A stretch of 59,840 bases of DNA from a virus (Duplodnaviria; Caudoviricetes): positions 1-59,840 of the IMG/VR virus record IMGVR_UViG_3300001336_000006, one strand, 5' to 3'. The position numbers were made by a program, and so were the translations under genes. This document shows, one piece after another, positions 29,987 through 40,160 of this stretch. Position 1 is the stretch's first letter. Every line of letters starts with the position of its first letter. Below the pieces are notes generated by a model. It worked only from the letters and a program-made list of their open reading frames with translations. It ran no database searches and was not told where the DNA came from.

Positions 29987-30421
29987 ATGAAAAAAATTGA
30001 TGAAATATTATTAGAATGGGAAAATGATTCTGAAATCGACAGAACTGAACCCGGACGAGAACTCTTAAAAATACCAAAACTACACAGTAAATACCTTTCC
30101 TTTATGTCTTATTATAGACAATTGGTAAGGAGTATAGAATTCAAATATTCTGAATTGAAAAAACTTAAGTGGCAGTATTATACTGGTAAAATGTCTAAAG
30201 AAGATTTAGAACAAAATGGATGGGAACCATTTCCTTATGTTCTTAAATCTGACGTGTCTACATATATTGAAGGTGATAAAGATTTGAATAAATTGTTAGC
30301 TCAAAAAGCTATGTATCAAGAAAGTGTTACTGTATGTGAATTCATATTAAAAGAATTACATAGTCGCACATTCCAACTCAAATCTTTTATAGAATATGAG
30401 AGATTTATACAAGGTGCTTAA
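29987..30421 (+). CDS. uvsY: Recombination mediator UvsY
   Basis: W..DS.ID, IPKLHSKYL, YYTGK, R.FQLK..IE; ATG at 29987 after AGGAGG. Confidence 0.9.
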   Translation: MKKIDEILLEWENDSEIDRTEPGRELLKIPKLHSKYLSFMSYYRQLVRSIEFKYSELKKLKWQYYTGKMSKEDLEQNGWEPFPYVLKSDVSTYIEGDKDLNKLLAQKAMYQESVTVCEFILKELHSRTFQLKSFIEYERFIQGA

Positions 30422-30446
30422 TGTAAAAAGTTAAATGTTCATAATT

Positions 30447-30478
30447 TATAAATATGCCATAAGGAGGTGTTTTATGGC
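30447..30478 (+). promoter_or_regulatory. Late promoter TATAAATA plus a hairpin over the HNH start codon
   Basis: TATAAATA at 30447-30454; GCCATAA (30456-62) pairs with TTATGGC (30472-78), which contains the ATG; SD AAGGAGGT lies between. Confidence 0.7.
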
Positions 30479-31043
30479 TAAAAAAGTAAATTTAAATTAT
30501 AGAAAAATTTGTCAAGAACATTATGGATATACTGACGATGAAATGAAGGGAATGGATGTTCATCACATTGATGGTAACAGAGAAAATAATCATCCTTCAA
30601 ACTTAAAACTCTTAACTCCAGAAGAACACGCCGAGTTGCACAAAGATGAATTTATTTTGTGGGCACGTAAAGGATCAAAATTGGGAAACGAAGCTCTAAG
30701 GAAAAGATTGAGAGAAAAGGGTAAAACTGAAAAAGAAATAGCCCATCAGAAAAAATTAAGTATTTTAAGGAAAAAAGGACTTCATAGAATACCACATTCC
30801 GATGAGACTAAAAGGATAATTAGCGAAAATAAAAAAGAATTATTAAAAGACAAAACTAAACATCCTATGTGGGGGAAAACAACATATGAGGTAACTTCTC
30901 CAGATGGAGATAAAACTATAGTTTCGGGTGGTTGGAAACAATGGTGTATTGATAGGAATTTGAATCCTTCTAATCTGATGGGAGTAGCTAAAGGAAAAAG
31001 AAAACACTGCAAAGGATGGAAAGCGAGAATAATAAATGATTGA
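30474..31043 (+). mobile_element. Free-standing HNH homing endonuclease (Mob-like)
   Basis: DVHHIDGNRENNHPSNL..LT.EEH..LH, NUMOD3-like HSDETKRIIS and HPMWGK; inserted between uvsY and uvsW. Confidence 0.9.
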
Positions 31044-32511
31044 CGTTTTAAAACTCACAAAGAAAAACGAAGCGTATATCAAAATAGATTGTGAAAAAAG
31101 TGTCGCTCAAGAATTATATCATTATTTCTCTTTTAGAGTTCCGGGGTATAATTTTATGCCAGCTTATAAAAATAAAATATGGGATGGTTTTTTAAGAATT
31201 TTTTCTCTTAAAGATTATACAATTTATTTTGGACTCTTGCCACAAATAAAAAAGTTTTGTGAAGACAGGAATTACAAATTAGAAATACATCCAAACTTAA
31301 CTTTGACCACTGAGTTTTCATTAAAAGAAGCTGAAGATTTTATTTCCAGATTAAAACTTCCATTTAAACCAAGAGACTATCAAATCAATGCATTTGTTCA
31401 TGCTGTCAGAAATAAAAGAGCACTGATTTTATCTCCTACCGCTTCCGGTAAGTCTTTAATATTATATCTCATTTTGAGACAACTTCAATCCAACGGTTCA
31501 AAAAAAGGCGTTTTAGTAGTCCCGTCCACATCTCTAGTAGAACAGATGTATGGTGATTTCAAATCATACGGTTATGACGTTGAAAAATATTGCCATAAAC
31601 AATATTCAGGTAAAGAAAAAAACACCGATAAATTTTTAACCATAACAACTTGGCAAAGTATTTACAACAGAGAACCAGAATATTTTAAACAATTTGATTT
31701 TGTTTTTGGTGATGAGTGTCACTTATTCAAAGCAAAATCTCTAACACAAATTTTGGTTCAGCTAACAGACTCAAATTATAGGATCGGTCTAACAGGAACT
31801 TTAGATGGTACTCAAACACACAAATTGGTTCTTGAGGGATTGTTCGGTTCAGTTTATAAATCGGTTACCACAAAAGAATTGATTGATAAAAATTACTTGT
31901 CTGAATTTAAAATTAAATGTTTAGTTTTAAAGTATCCAGAACAAACTTGTAAACTTGCAAGATCAAAAAAATGGAAATATCAAGACGAAGTTGATTATAT
32001 CATAAACAATAAAGCAAGAAACAATTTTATAAAAAATTTAGCAATATCATTGAAAGGTAATTCACTAATACTTTTCAATTATGTGGAAAAACATGGCAGA
32101 GTATTACACAAAATAATAAAAGAAGAAGCTGGTGATAGAGAAGTATTTTTTGTTTTTGGTGGAACTGATGTTGAAGTTAGAGAATCTATTCGAGCCATTA
32201 TTGAAAAAAAGAATGACGCTATCATTGTAGCTTCCTACGCCACGTTTGGGACAGGTATAAATATTCGTAACTTACATAATGTGGTTTTTGCATCACCATC
32301 CAAATCTAGAGTTAGAAACTTACAATCTATAGGTAGGGGTCTTAGAAAAGGTGATAATAAAACTGAAGCAGTACTTTATGATATATCAGACGATTTCCGT
32401 TGCAGTTCATATGTCAACACGACACTTAAACACTTCATAGAAAGACTCAAAATATATGATGAAGAGAAGTTTAAATATAAAATTTATAATGTGGAGTTAA
32501 AAAATGGATGA
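31036..32511 (+). CDS. uvsW: Helicase UvsW
   Basis: SPTASGKS, DECH, GLTGT, LQSIGRGLR. Confidence 0.96.
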   Translation: MIDVLKLTKKNEAYIKIDCEKSVAQELYHYFSFRVPGYNFMPAYKNKIWDGFLRIFSLKDYTIYFGLLPQIKKFCEDRNYKLEIHPNLTLTTEFSLKEAEDFISRLKLPFKPRDYQINAFVHAVRNKRALILSPTASGKSLILYLILRQLQSNGSKKGVLVVPSTSLVEQMYGDFKSYGYDVEKYCHKQYSGKEKNTDKFLTITTWQSIYNREPEYFKQFDFVFGDECHLFKAKSLTQILVQLTDSNYRIGLTGTLDGTQTHKLVLEGLFGSVYKSVTTKELIDKNYLSEFKIKCLVLKYPEQTCKLARSKKWKYQDEVDYIINNKARNNFIKNLAISLKGNSLILFNYVEKHGRVLHKIIKEEAGDREVFFVFGGTDVEVRESIRAIIEKKNDAIIVASYATFGTGINIRNLHNVVFASPSKSRVRNLQSIGRGLRKGDNKTEAVLYDISDDFRCSSYVNTTLKHFIERLKIYDEEKFKYKIYNVELKNG

Positions 32512-32944
32512 TATTAGAATTTTACGACTTCAAACTGGTGAAGATGTTATAGCAAAATATCGTGAAGATGATATCACTGCTACAATAATAATGACTGATC
32601 CCATGACTTTAATGTTTAAGAGACTTGCCTCTGGCAAGTCAATAATGATGTTGAGTCCTTGGTTACCTTTAGAATTGATTGAAAGTAATAAAGCAACCAT
32701 CTTTGTTGGTGATGTCATCACTAACTTTAAACCCAAAAAATCTTTTATTACTTATTACAAAAAATTAGTTAATGAAACTAATATTGATCTTCTGGAAACT
32801 AGTAAACAGATAGAAGAATCGTTGCTTAACCCAATTGATGAAAATGATCTATTTGATGATAATGATGATAATGAAGAATACTTAGAAGAAGATATAGAAG
32901 ATTATTTGTATTCTAATATTCCTAATAAGAATACTATACATTAA
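32504..32944 (+). CDS. Conserved hypothetical protein (T4-like, between uvsW and gp55)
   Basis: LRL.TGEDVIA, PWLP, acidic tail. Confidence 0.75.
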   Translation: MDDIRILRLQTGEDVIAKYREDDITATIIMTDPMTLMFKRLASGKSIMMLSPWLPLELIESNKATIFVGDVITNFKPKKSFITYYKKLVNETNIDLLETSKQIEESLLNPIDENDLFDDNDDNEEYLEEDIEDYLYSNIPNKNTIH

Positions 32945-32964
32945 ATTTCAACCCTGACACCGAG

Positions 32965-32994
32965 AGTGTACACCTTGTCAAGGGGGTATGTCAA
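32965..32994 (-). promoter_or_regulatory. Possible antisense sigma70 promoter TTGACA-N18-TACACT
   Basis: Reverse complement of agtgta...tgtcaa; overlaps the hairpin CCCTGACA/TGTCAAGGG. Confidence 0.4.
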
Positions 32995-33023
32995 TAGTAT
33001 TTCTGGTAATAATGTTATTATGA

Positions 33024-33055
33024 TTGATTTTTATTATCATATATGTTATTATAAT
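33024..33055 (+). promoter_or_regulatory. Sigma70-type promoter for gp55
   Basis: TTGATT-N17-TATTAT with TG; overlapping TATAAT at 33050. Confidence 0.6.
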
Positions 33056-33078
33056 TATGTTGAAAATACGGGAGCATC

Positions 33079-33639
33079 ATGACAAAAAAGAATGCAAAAC
33101 ACTATGTGAACAATGGAGATTTTTTAAATTCTCTAGTAACGTATCACGAAAAATGTTCGGAAGCTAAAGAGAAAAATCTTATTGAACCCCCTATACCTAA
33201 TTATATCGGTGAATGTTTTTTAAAGATTGCTGAACACTTATCAAGAAAACCAAATTTCATTTCATATTCGTTTAGAGAAGAAATGATATCAGATGGAATT
33301 GAAAATTGTATTATGTACTTTAGAAATTTTGATCCATCTAAAACAAAAAATCCATTTGCATATTTCACTCAAATCATATATTATGCTTTTTTAAGAAGAA
33401 TTGCCAAAGAAAAAAAACAATTGTATGTTAAGTATAAAGCAACTGAGCAGTTTGCTATTCTTGACGAAGGAGAATTGTTTGAAGACGAGAATGGTAATAT
33501 GAGACAATTTGAATTGTACGAAAACATTTCAGAATTCATTCAAACTTTTGAAGAAGCGAAGAAAGCGAAGAAAGAGAAAAAGAAAGGTCTGGAAAAGTTT
33601 ATTGAGGATGACAGCAATGCAGATAGCTCTGATAAATGA
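33079..33639 (+). CDS. gp55: Late sigma factor gp55
   Basis: HYVNN, YIGECFLKIA, NPFAYFTQIIYYAFLRRI.KEKKQ. Confidence 0.97.
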   Translation: MTKKNAKHYVNNGDFLNSLVTYHEKCSEAKEKNLIEPPIPNYIGECFLKIAEHLSRKPNFISYSFREEMISDGIENCIMYFRNFDPSKTKNPFAYFTQIIYYAFLRRIAKEKKQLYVKYKATEQFAILDEGELFEDENGNMRQFELYENISEFIQTFEEAKKAKKEKKKGLEKFIEDDSNADSSDK

Positions 33640-34687
33640 TACACATATGGGTGCTAGAGGAGACAGCACAATTTTCAATGAATTCTTTTTAAAATTTTGG
33701 GAGGACACCTTTTTTCCATATTTGAAGAAAAATAAAATTAAACACATATGTCATTTGGGTGATGTTGTAGATCGTAGAAAATTCGTTAATTTCGTTACCT
33801 TGAATTCGTGGAGAAAAAGATTTTTTGATGTCCTGAAAAACGAAGGTATAACGATGGATGTCATCGTTGGCAACCATGATGTTTTTTACAGAAACACTAA
33901 TGAAATAAATGCGATGCACGAATTGTTTTATGGATACGAAAACATTAATGTTTACATCGATCCTATTGATATCACATATGATGGATTGTCTGTTGCAATG
34001 GTTCCATGGATAAATTCAGGCAATTATGAAGCTTCAATGGAATTTTTGAAAACAACCAAATCTAAAATTGTTTTTGGTCACTTTGAGATTTCCGGTTTTG
34101 AGATGGATCGGGGTAATGTTTGTCAGTCTGGTATGGACAGAAAAACTTTTGATCGGTTCGATTTAGTTTTGTCTGGACATTTCCATCACAAGTCCACTAG
34201 CGGAAACATTACATATCTTGGTAACCAGTATGAAATGACTTGGGCTGATTATAATGACAAAAGAGGTTTTCATTTATTCGATACCAAAACCAAAAAAGTA
34301 AAGTTTATCGAAAATCCACATAAAATTTTCCATAAAGTAACCTATGATGATGAGACTCAAGATTTGGAATATTGGAAATCTTTTGACTATTCTAAATTTG
34401 AAAATTGCTTTATCAAAATTGTTGTCGTGAATAAATGTAACCCATATATGTTTGACAATATTATAGAAAATTTTTATAAAGTAGATGTTGCGGATCTTTC
34501 TATCGTTGAAGACTTAGTTGAGTTTAATGAAGGTGAAGATGGTGACTTAATCGATCAAGCGGAAGATACGATGACAATTCTTTCACATTACATTGATGGG
34601 TTGACTTTAAATGTCGAATCAGATAAACTTAAAAAACTTATGCGTGAACTTTATGTTGAAGCTTTGGATACAGAAACTACAGAATGA
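33617..34687 (+). CDS. gp47: Recombination nuclease subunit gp47 (Mre11-like)
   Basis: DTH.GAR, LGD..DRRK, GNHD, GHFH; ATG at 33617 preferred. Confidence 0.95.
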   Translation: MQIALINDTHMGARGDSTIFNEFFLKFWEDTFFPYLKKNKIKHICHLGDVVDRRKFVNFVTLNSWRKRFFDVLKNEGITMDVIVGNHDVFYRNTNEINAMHELFYGYENINVYIDPIDITYDGLSVAMVPWINSGNYEASMEFLKTTKSKIVFGHFEISGFEMDRGNVCQSGMDRKTFDRFDLVLSGHFHHKSTSGNITYLGNQYEMTWADYNDKRGFHLFDTKTKKVKFIENPHKIFHKVTYDDETQDLEYWKSFDYSKFENCFIKIVVVNKCNPYMFDNIIENFYKVDVADLSIVEDLVEFNEGEDGDLIDQAEDTMTILSHYIDGLTLNVESDKLKKLMRELYVEALDTETTE

Positions 34688-36396
34688 TTAATTTCAAAAC
34701 AATTCGTTACAAAAATTTCATCAGTTCGGGGAATTATTTCACTGAAATAAATCTTAACCGTTCTCAGAACACACTTATTGTTGGTTCTAATGGTGCTGGT
34801 AAAAGTACAGTTCTTGATGCATTATGTTTTGGTTTATTTGGAAAAGCTTTTCGCAATATCAATAAATCGGCTTTGGTTAATAGTATTAATCAAAAAGAAT
34901 GTGTTGTAGAAATTGAATTTGATATCGGAAACAAATCCTATAAGATTGTGAGGGGCATTAAACCAAATGTTTTTGAAATATTCGTTAATGAAGAATTGCT
35001 AAATCAATCTGCCGCAATTAAAGATTATCAAGAATATCTTGAGAAGATTATTTTAAAGCTTAACTACAAATCATTCACACAAATTGTTATTCTGGGTTCA
35101 GCTTCATTTACACCGTTCATGCAATTGTCTGCCGCTGACCGTAGAGCTATCATCGAAGACTTATTAGACATACAAATTTTTTCTACCATGAATGGTGTGT
35201 TGAAAGAAAAAGTTTCTATAAACAAAGAAGAGTACAATGAAAATAAACACAAGATTGAATTTGCTAATCAGTCTTATGTTTTACAAAATAAACACATAGA
35301 AGAATTGAAAAAGAATAATCAAAATAATATAAAAAAATATCAAAAAGAAATTGAAGAAAACGAAGGTAAAACGCAAATTGGTTTAATGGAGTGTGATGAG
35401 CTTCGTGGTAAAATTGAAGACCTAAAAGCTTCTGTTAGTAACAAAGATTCAGTTTCAAAAAAAATTAAAAGTTTGAATCAATTAGAGGTTCAAATCAAAT
35501 CTAATTTGAGAAAGCTTAAAGATGATTTAAAATTTTTTAGTGAAAGTGATTCTTGCCCAACATGCAAGCAAACTATAGAAGAAGATTTTAAAGAAAAGCA
35601 AATCGATTCTTTATCTGAAAAATCTAAGGCATGTGATCACGGCTTGAAAGATTTGGCTAAAAAGCTCGAAGACGAACAACAAAAACTTGAGTACATTACA
35701 CAAGTAATGAACCAGATAAATAGTGTTCAAGTTGAATTGGCAACTAAAAATGCTACAATTGATGAAATTAATAAGTACATCAAAAAACTCAAAGAAGAAA
35801 TTGAAAACTTAAAAAATGTGGAAAATAATTTAAATTCTGAAACAAAAAAACTTGATAAGATTAAAAACGAGTTGAACTCTCTTAGAGAAAATCAAAAAAG
35901 ACTGATCGAGGAAAAAGAATATTTGGAATCTGCATCAATCCTTCTTAAAGACAATGGAATTAAAACTAGAATCGTAAAACAATATTTGCCTATCATAAAC
36001 AAACTTGTTAATAAATACCTTTCATCTTTAGACTTTTTTGTAAACTTTAATTTAGACGAATCATTTAAAGAATCTATTAAATCAAGACATCGTGATGAAT
36101 TTACATATGCGTCATTTTCTGAGGGAGAGAAACAACGTATTGATATGGCTTTGCTATTAACGTGGAGAGCTGTAGCTAAACTGAAAAATTCTACTAACAC
36201 GAATCTTCTAATTCTTGATGAAGTTTTTGATTCTAGTTTAGATAATAATGGAACTGAATATTTGATGAATATTCTTCACATGTTGGAAGACGTTAATCTT
36301 TTTGTAATTAGTCACAAAGGCGATATCTTGCAGGATAAATTTAGATCGGTAATACGTTTCGAGAAACATAATAATTTTTCTAGGATAGCAAAATGA
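34684..36396 (+). CDS. gp46: Recombination ATPase gp46 (Rad50-like)
   Basis: GSNGAGKS, CPTC zinc hook, FSEGEK, LILDEVFD. Confidence 0.97.
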   Translation: MINFKTIRYKNFISSGNYFTEINLNRSQNTLIVGSNGAGKSTVLDALCFGLFGKAFRNINKSALVNSINQKECVVEIEFDIGNKSYKIVRGIKPNVFEIFVNEELLNQSAAIKDYQEYLEKIILKLNYKSFTQIVILGSASFTPFMQLSAADRRAIIEDLLDIQIFSTMNGVLKEKVSINKEEYNENKHKIEFANQSYVLQNKHIEELKKNNQNNIKKYQKEIEENEGKTQIGLMECDELRGKIEDLKASVSNKDSVSKKIKSLNQLEVQIKSNLRKLKDDLKFFSESDSCPTCKQTIEEDFKEKQIDSLSEKSKACDHGLKDLAKKLEDEQQKLEYITQVMNQINSVQVELATKNATIDEINKYIKKLKEEIENLKNVENNLNSETKKLDKIKNELNSLRENQKRLIEEKEYLESASILLKDNGIKTRIVKQYLPIINKLVNKYLSSLDFFVNFNLDESFKESIKSRHRDEFTYASFSEGEKQRIDMALLLTWRAVAKLKNSTNTNLLILDEVFDSSLDNNGTEYLMNILHMLEDVNLFVISHKGDILQDKFRSVIRFEKHNNFSRIAK

Positions 36397-36971
36397 GTGA
36401 AGTATTAACTATAGACACATCGTCAGATGTAATTAAAAGTTTTAAGATGGAGCCTCTTCCAGTTTTCACTGAAGATTATTCTTTGTTAAAAGAGGTCATG
36501 CCAGAATTTGATGTTAGTCAGTTACCTAACGAAGCAGTTTCCAAATTAATTTCTAGAATGAAATTAACGATGGTCACTTTCTCCGGTGTCGGTCTTTCTG
36601 CTAATCAATGTGGCGTTAGATCACGTATTTTTGTAATAGGTTCTGATGATTTTCAAATGGCTTGTATCAATCCTAAAATTAAAACTTTTCATGGGAAAGA
36701 AATAAAAATGAACGAGGGATGTTTATCGTCGCCGGGATTGTTTATGAAAATTCCTAGGTATGAATCTATTGATGTTGAATATTATGATGAGAGCGGACAG
36801 ATAGTTAATAAAACACTAGATGGAGTTACTGCACAATGTTTTCAACATGAACTCGATCACTTAAATGGAATATTTTTTACTGAAAAAGCTGGTGAAACAA
36901 GTCTTATTCTTGCTAGGAAAAAACAAAAAAAAATTATTAAACAAATAAAAAAGGATTACAAACACGTTTAA
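36393..36971 (+). CDS. def: Peptide deformylase
   Basis: GVGLSANQ, EGCLS, QHELDH motifs. Confidence 0.95.
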   Translation: MSEVLTIDTSSDVIKSFKMEPLPVFTEDYSLLKEVMPEFDVSQLPNEAVSKLISRMKLTMVTFSGVGLSANQCGVRSRIFVIGSDDFQMACINPKIKTFHGKEIKMNEGCLSSPGLFMKIPRYESIDVEYYDESGQIVNKTLDGVTAQCFQHELDHLNGIFFTEKAGETSLILARKKQKKIIKQIKKDYKHV

Positions 36972-37002
36972 TATTTAAAATTGGTAATAATGAAAAATTT
37001 AA

Positions 37003-37045
37003 TTTACATGTCCACATTTTTATTATAAAATAGATATGTGGACAT
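37003..37045 (+). promoter_or_regulatory. Sigma70-type promoter overlapped by a 10-bp inverted repeat
   Basis: TTTACA(37003)-N17-TAAAAT(37026); ATGTCCACAT (37008-17) and ATGTGGACAT (37036-45). Confidence 0.6.
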
Positions 37046-37064
37046 TTTTAATAATGGATAAATT

Positions 37065-37880
37065 ATGGAAATAAAAGTTAAAGTTGATGACTTGAAAAAT
37101 TTTAAAGTCTTTGTTGCTACCCCTATGTATGGGGGAATGACTCATGGTATGTATGTAAAATCGTGTTTAGATTTACAAGGTCTTCTTTCTAGATATGGTG
37201 TTGATGTAAAGTTTTCTTTTCTCTTTAATGAGTCTTTGATTACTCGTGCAAGAAATTATCTTGTTGATGAATTTTTGAGGTCGGATTGTACACATCTTTT
37301 GTTTATCGATTCAGATATTCATTACAATCCTCAAGATGTTGTAGCACTCTTAGCTCTAGATAAAGAAGTTATTGGTGCTCCTTATCCAAAAAAATCTATT
37401 AATTGGAAGAGTATTGCTTCAGCGGCTAGAAATCATCCCGATTTGGATCCCGGAGAACTTGAGAAACTTGTTGGTGAATATGTTTTCAATGTAGTTAAAG
37501 GAACACAAAAATTTACCGTTACAGAACCTTTAGAAGTTCTTGAGATTGGAACAGGATTCATGATGGTTAAGCGTGATGTTTTTGAGAAGATGTCAGAAGC
37601 ATATCCCAACATCAAATATAAACCCGATCATATCGGACAAGCTAACTTTGATGGATCACGTTATATTCATGCTTATTTTGATACTGTGATTGACACTACA
37701 GATAGCATGACAGGAGGTGGTTCGGATCGTTACTTGTCCGAAGATTATATGTTCTGTCAGATGTGGAGGAAAATCGGCGGACAAATCTACTTGTGTCCAT
37801 GGATGAAGACTCAACATATTGGAACATATGCTTTCAGTGGAAACATGCCAGCCATTGCTCAATATACAGGAAAATTGTAA
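37065..37880 (+). CDS. GT-A-fold glycosyltransferase-like protein
   Basis: ATPMYGG, NESLITRARN, LFIDSDI (DxD), GTGFM, YLSEDY.FC. Confidence 0.75.
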   Translation: MEIKVKVDDLKNFKVFVATPMYGGMTHGMYVKSCLDLQGLLSRYGVDVKFSFLFNESLITRARNYLVDEFLRSDCTHLLFIDSDIHYNPQDVVALLALDKEVIGAPYPKKSINWKSIASAARNHPDLDPGELEKLVGEYVFNVVKGTQKFTVTEPLEVLEIGTGFMMVKRDVFEKMSEAYPNIKYKPDHIGQANFDGSRYIHAYFDTVIDTTDSMTGGGSDRYLSEDYMFCQMWRKIGGQIYLCPWMKTQHIGTYAFSGNMPAIAQYTGKL

Positions 37881-38488
37881 TGTTGATAGGTATTGTCGGA
37901 TTCATTTCTAGTGGTAAAGGAACTGTTGGAGAAATTTTTTATGAACACGGTTTCGTTCGTGATAGTTTTGCTAGACCTCTTAAGGATGCGGCTTCGGTTA
38001 TTTTTGGTTGGCCTCGTGAATTATTGGAGGGTGATACAGAACTTTCAAGAAAGTGGCGAGAGGAACCTGATGCTTTTTGGAGTGAACAATTTAAAAAAGA
38101 ATTCACTCCAAGACAAGCTCTACAGTTAATGGGAACTGAAGCAGGTAGGAATGTTTTCCATCCAGACATTTGGGTGATCTCCTTGTTGAATCGTGCAAAA
38201 GGTAAAGACGTTGTTGTTACTGATGTTAGATTCAAAAATGAAATAGATTACATCCAAAAAAATGAAGGGCTTGTTATTCGAGTCAAACGAGGACAAGATC
38301 CTGCTTGGTATGATATACTATCGAAAGAACCTGATGAATTTTATCGTGAACAGATAATGAAAGGAAGTGGTGTTCATCAATCAGAATGGGATTGGGTTGG
38401 TTGTGATGTAGATTATGAAATTGAAAATGACGGTTCTCTTCAGGATCTACGAAAAAATATTGAAGACATTTTGTCTAAAATAAAGTAA
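37880..38488 (+). CDS. gp1: Deoxynucleoside monophosphate kinase gp1
   Basis: IGIVG..SSGKGT, FA.PLK, TPR.ALQ.MGTE, DVRF.NE, H.SE. Confidence 0.92.
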   Translation: MLIGIVGFISSGKGTVGEIFYEHGFVRDSFARPLKDAASVIFGWPRELLEGDTELSRKWREEPDAFWSEQFKKEFTPRQALQLMGTEAGRNVFHPDIWVISLLNRAKGKDVVVTDVRFKNEIDYIQKNEGLVIRVKRGQDPAWYDILSKEPDEFYREQIMKGSGVHQSEWDWVGCDVDYEIENDGSLQDLRKNIEDILSKIK

Positions 38489-38519
38489 ACTATTATATTA
38501 TGATTTTTATGGAGTTGTT

Positions 38520-39200
38520 ATGAAATTATCGAATGAGACTATTAACATTTTGAAAAATTTTGCTAGTATCAATCAAGGAATTTTCTTGAAGAAAGGGCAT
38601 GTTATCAAAACAGTTTCACCAATGAAAATGATTTTAGCTGAAGCTAAAGTACAAGAAGAAATTCCTATTGACTTTGGTCTATACGATCTGAATAATTTTC
38701 TTTCAGTTATTTCTTTACACAAAGACGATACCTCTTTTGATTTTGATGATAAGCACGTTGTTATATTGGGTAACGGTGGCAGATCTAAAATCAAGTATCG
38801 TTTCTGTGATCCTGAAATGATTGTGGTCCCTCCAGACCGGGATATTAAATTAGAGGAGCCAGAGATAGTTTTTGATTTGAAAGAATCTGATATGGATTGG
38901 GTTCTGAGAGCGGCGGCAATTTTAGGTTCACCTCAAGTTTCTGTCGAATCTGATGGTTCTAAAATTAGTTTGGTTACGTTTGACTCATCAAACGATTCAG
39001 CACATACAGATTCGCTTGAGATAGCTGAAGGTAATGGTGATACTTATAAAATGGTTTTTAAGACTGAGACTTTGAGGATGATTCCGGGTGATTATGGTGT
39101 TTCTATTTCATCTTCCGGTGTTTCTAAATTTGAAAATAAAAAGATCGATTTGAAGTATTGGGTTGCAACGGAGCAAGGATCAACCTACACTAAGTCTTAA
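38520..39200 (+). CDS. gp45: Sliding clamp gp45
   Basis: MKLS.ET..ILKNFASINQ, FG.YDL..FL, PGDY, YWVA.E; upstream TTGTCT-N17-TATATT. Confidence 0.95.
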   Translation: MKLSNETINILKNFASINQGIFLKKGHVIKTVSPMKMILAEAKVQEEIPIDFGLYDLNNFLSVISLHKDDTSFDFDDKHVVILGNGGRSKIKYRFCDPEMIVVPPDRDIKLEEPEIVFDLKESDMDWVLRAAAILGSPQVSVESDGSKISLVTFDSSNDSAHTDSLEIAEGNGDTYKMVFKTETLRMIPGDYGVSISSSGVSKFENKKIDLKYWVATEQGSTYTKS

Positions 39201-39227
39201 AAATTAATTATATTATGGAGCAAGTGA

Positions 39228-40160
39228 ATGGAACACTTTTTGTGGACAGAGTCTCATCGTCCTAAAACTATTGATGATTGCATACTACCTGAAAGGTTGA
39301 AAAAGTCTTTTCAGGAATATGTGAACGAAAAAGAAGTTCCCAACCTAATTTTGTCTGGTGGTCCCGGTGTCGGTAAGACAACAGTGGCTAAAGCTTTGTG
39401 TGAAGAAATTGGTTGCGATTATATGGTTATTAATGGTTCAGATGAATCCGGTATAGATATATTCAGAACTAAAATTAAAACCTATGCTTCTTCTATGTCT
39501 CTTTCTGGTGGACGTAAAGTTATCATTATTGATGAAGCAGATTATTTGAATCCAAATTCGACACAACCTGCTCTTCGCAATGCTATTGAAGAATTTGCGA
39601 AGAATTGTTCTTTTATTTTTACTTGTAATTATAAAAACAGAATCATCGAACCTCTTCATAGTCGTTGTGCAGTAGTTGATTTCACTTTGAAAAATGATGA
39701 AAAGTCTAAGATGGCGGGTTTGTTTTTTAAGAGAATTCAAAATATACTGAAAGTGGAAAAAGTAGAATATGATGATAAAGTCATTGTTGAATTGATCAAG
39801 AAACATTTTCCAGATTTTAGACGAGTTATTAATGAGCTTCAGCGTTATTCAAAGTTCGGTAAAATAGATATTGGTCTACTTTCACAAATTGAAGATGTTG
39901 CAATTAACGATGCTATTAAATTTCTTAAAGATAAGGATTTTGGTTCATTAAGAAAATGGGTTGCCACAAATGATGTTGATCCTACTTCGTTATTTCGCAA
40001 GCTATACGATTCATTATATGATTTTTTACAACCACAAAGCATTCCACAGGCTGTTGTTGTTTTAGCCGAATATTCGTACAAGTCGGCATTTGTTTCGGAT
40101 CAGGAGATAAACACAGTTGCGTGTTTAACTGAGCTTATGGTTTCAGTGGAGTTTAAATGA
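39228..40160 (+). CDS. gp44: Clamp loader large subunit gp44
   Basis: GGPGVGKTT, INGSDE, IIDEAD, PLHSRC, FPDFRR. Confidence 0.97.
   Translation: MEHFLWTESHRPKTIDDCILPERLKKSFQEYVNEKEVPNLILSGGPGVGKTTVAKALCEEIGCDYMVINGSDESGIDIFRTKIKTYASSMSLSGGRKVIIIDEADYLNPNSTQPALRNAIEEFAKNCSFIFTCNYKNRIIEPLHSRCAVVDFTLKNDEKSKMAGLFFKRIQNILKVEKVEYDDKVIVELIKKHFPDFRRVINELQRYSKFGKIDIGLLSQIEDVAINDAIKFLKDKDFGSLRKWVATNDVDPTSLFRKLYDSLYDFLQPQSIPQAVVVLAEYSYKSAFVSDQEINTVACLTELMVSVEFK

Noticed and set aside
33509-33616. Long N-terminal extensions given by the ORF track (gp47; also gp1, HNH, hsp20, GDPD)
   Set aside because: They overlap upstream genes or promoters; downstream ATGs match family N-termini and RBS positions
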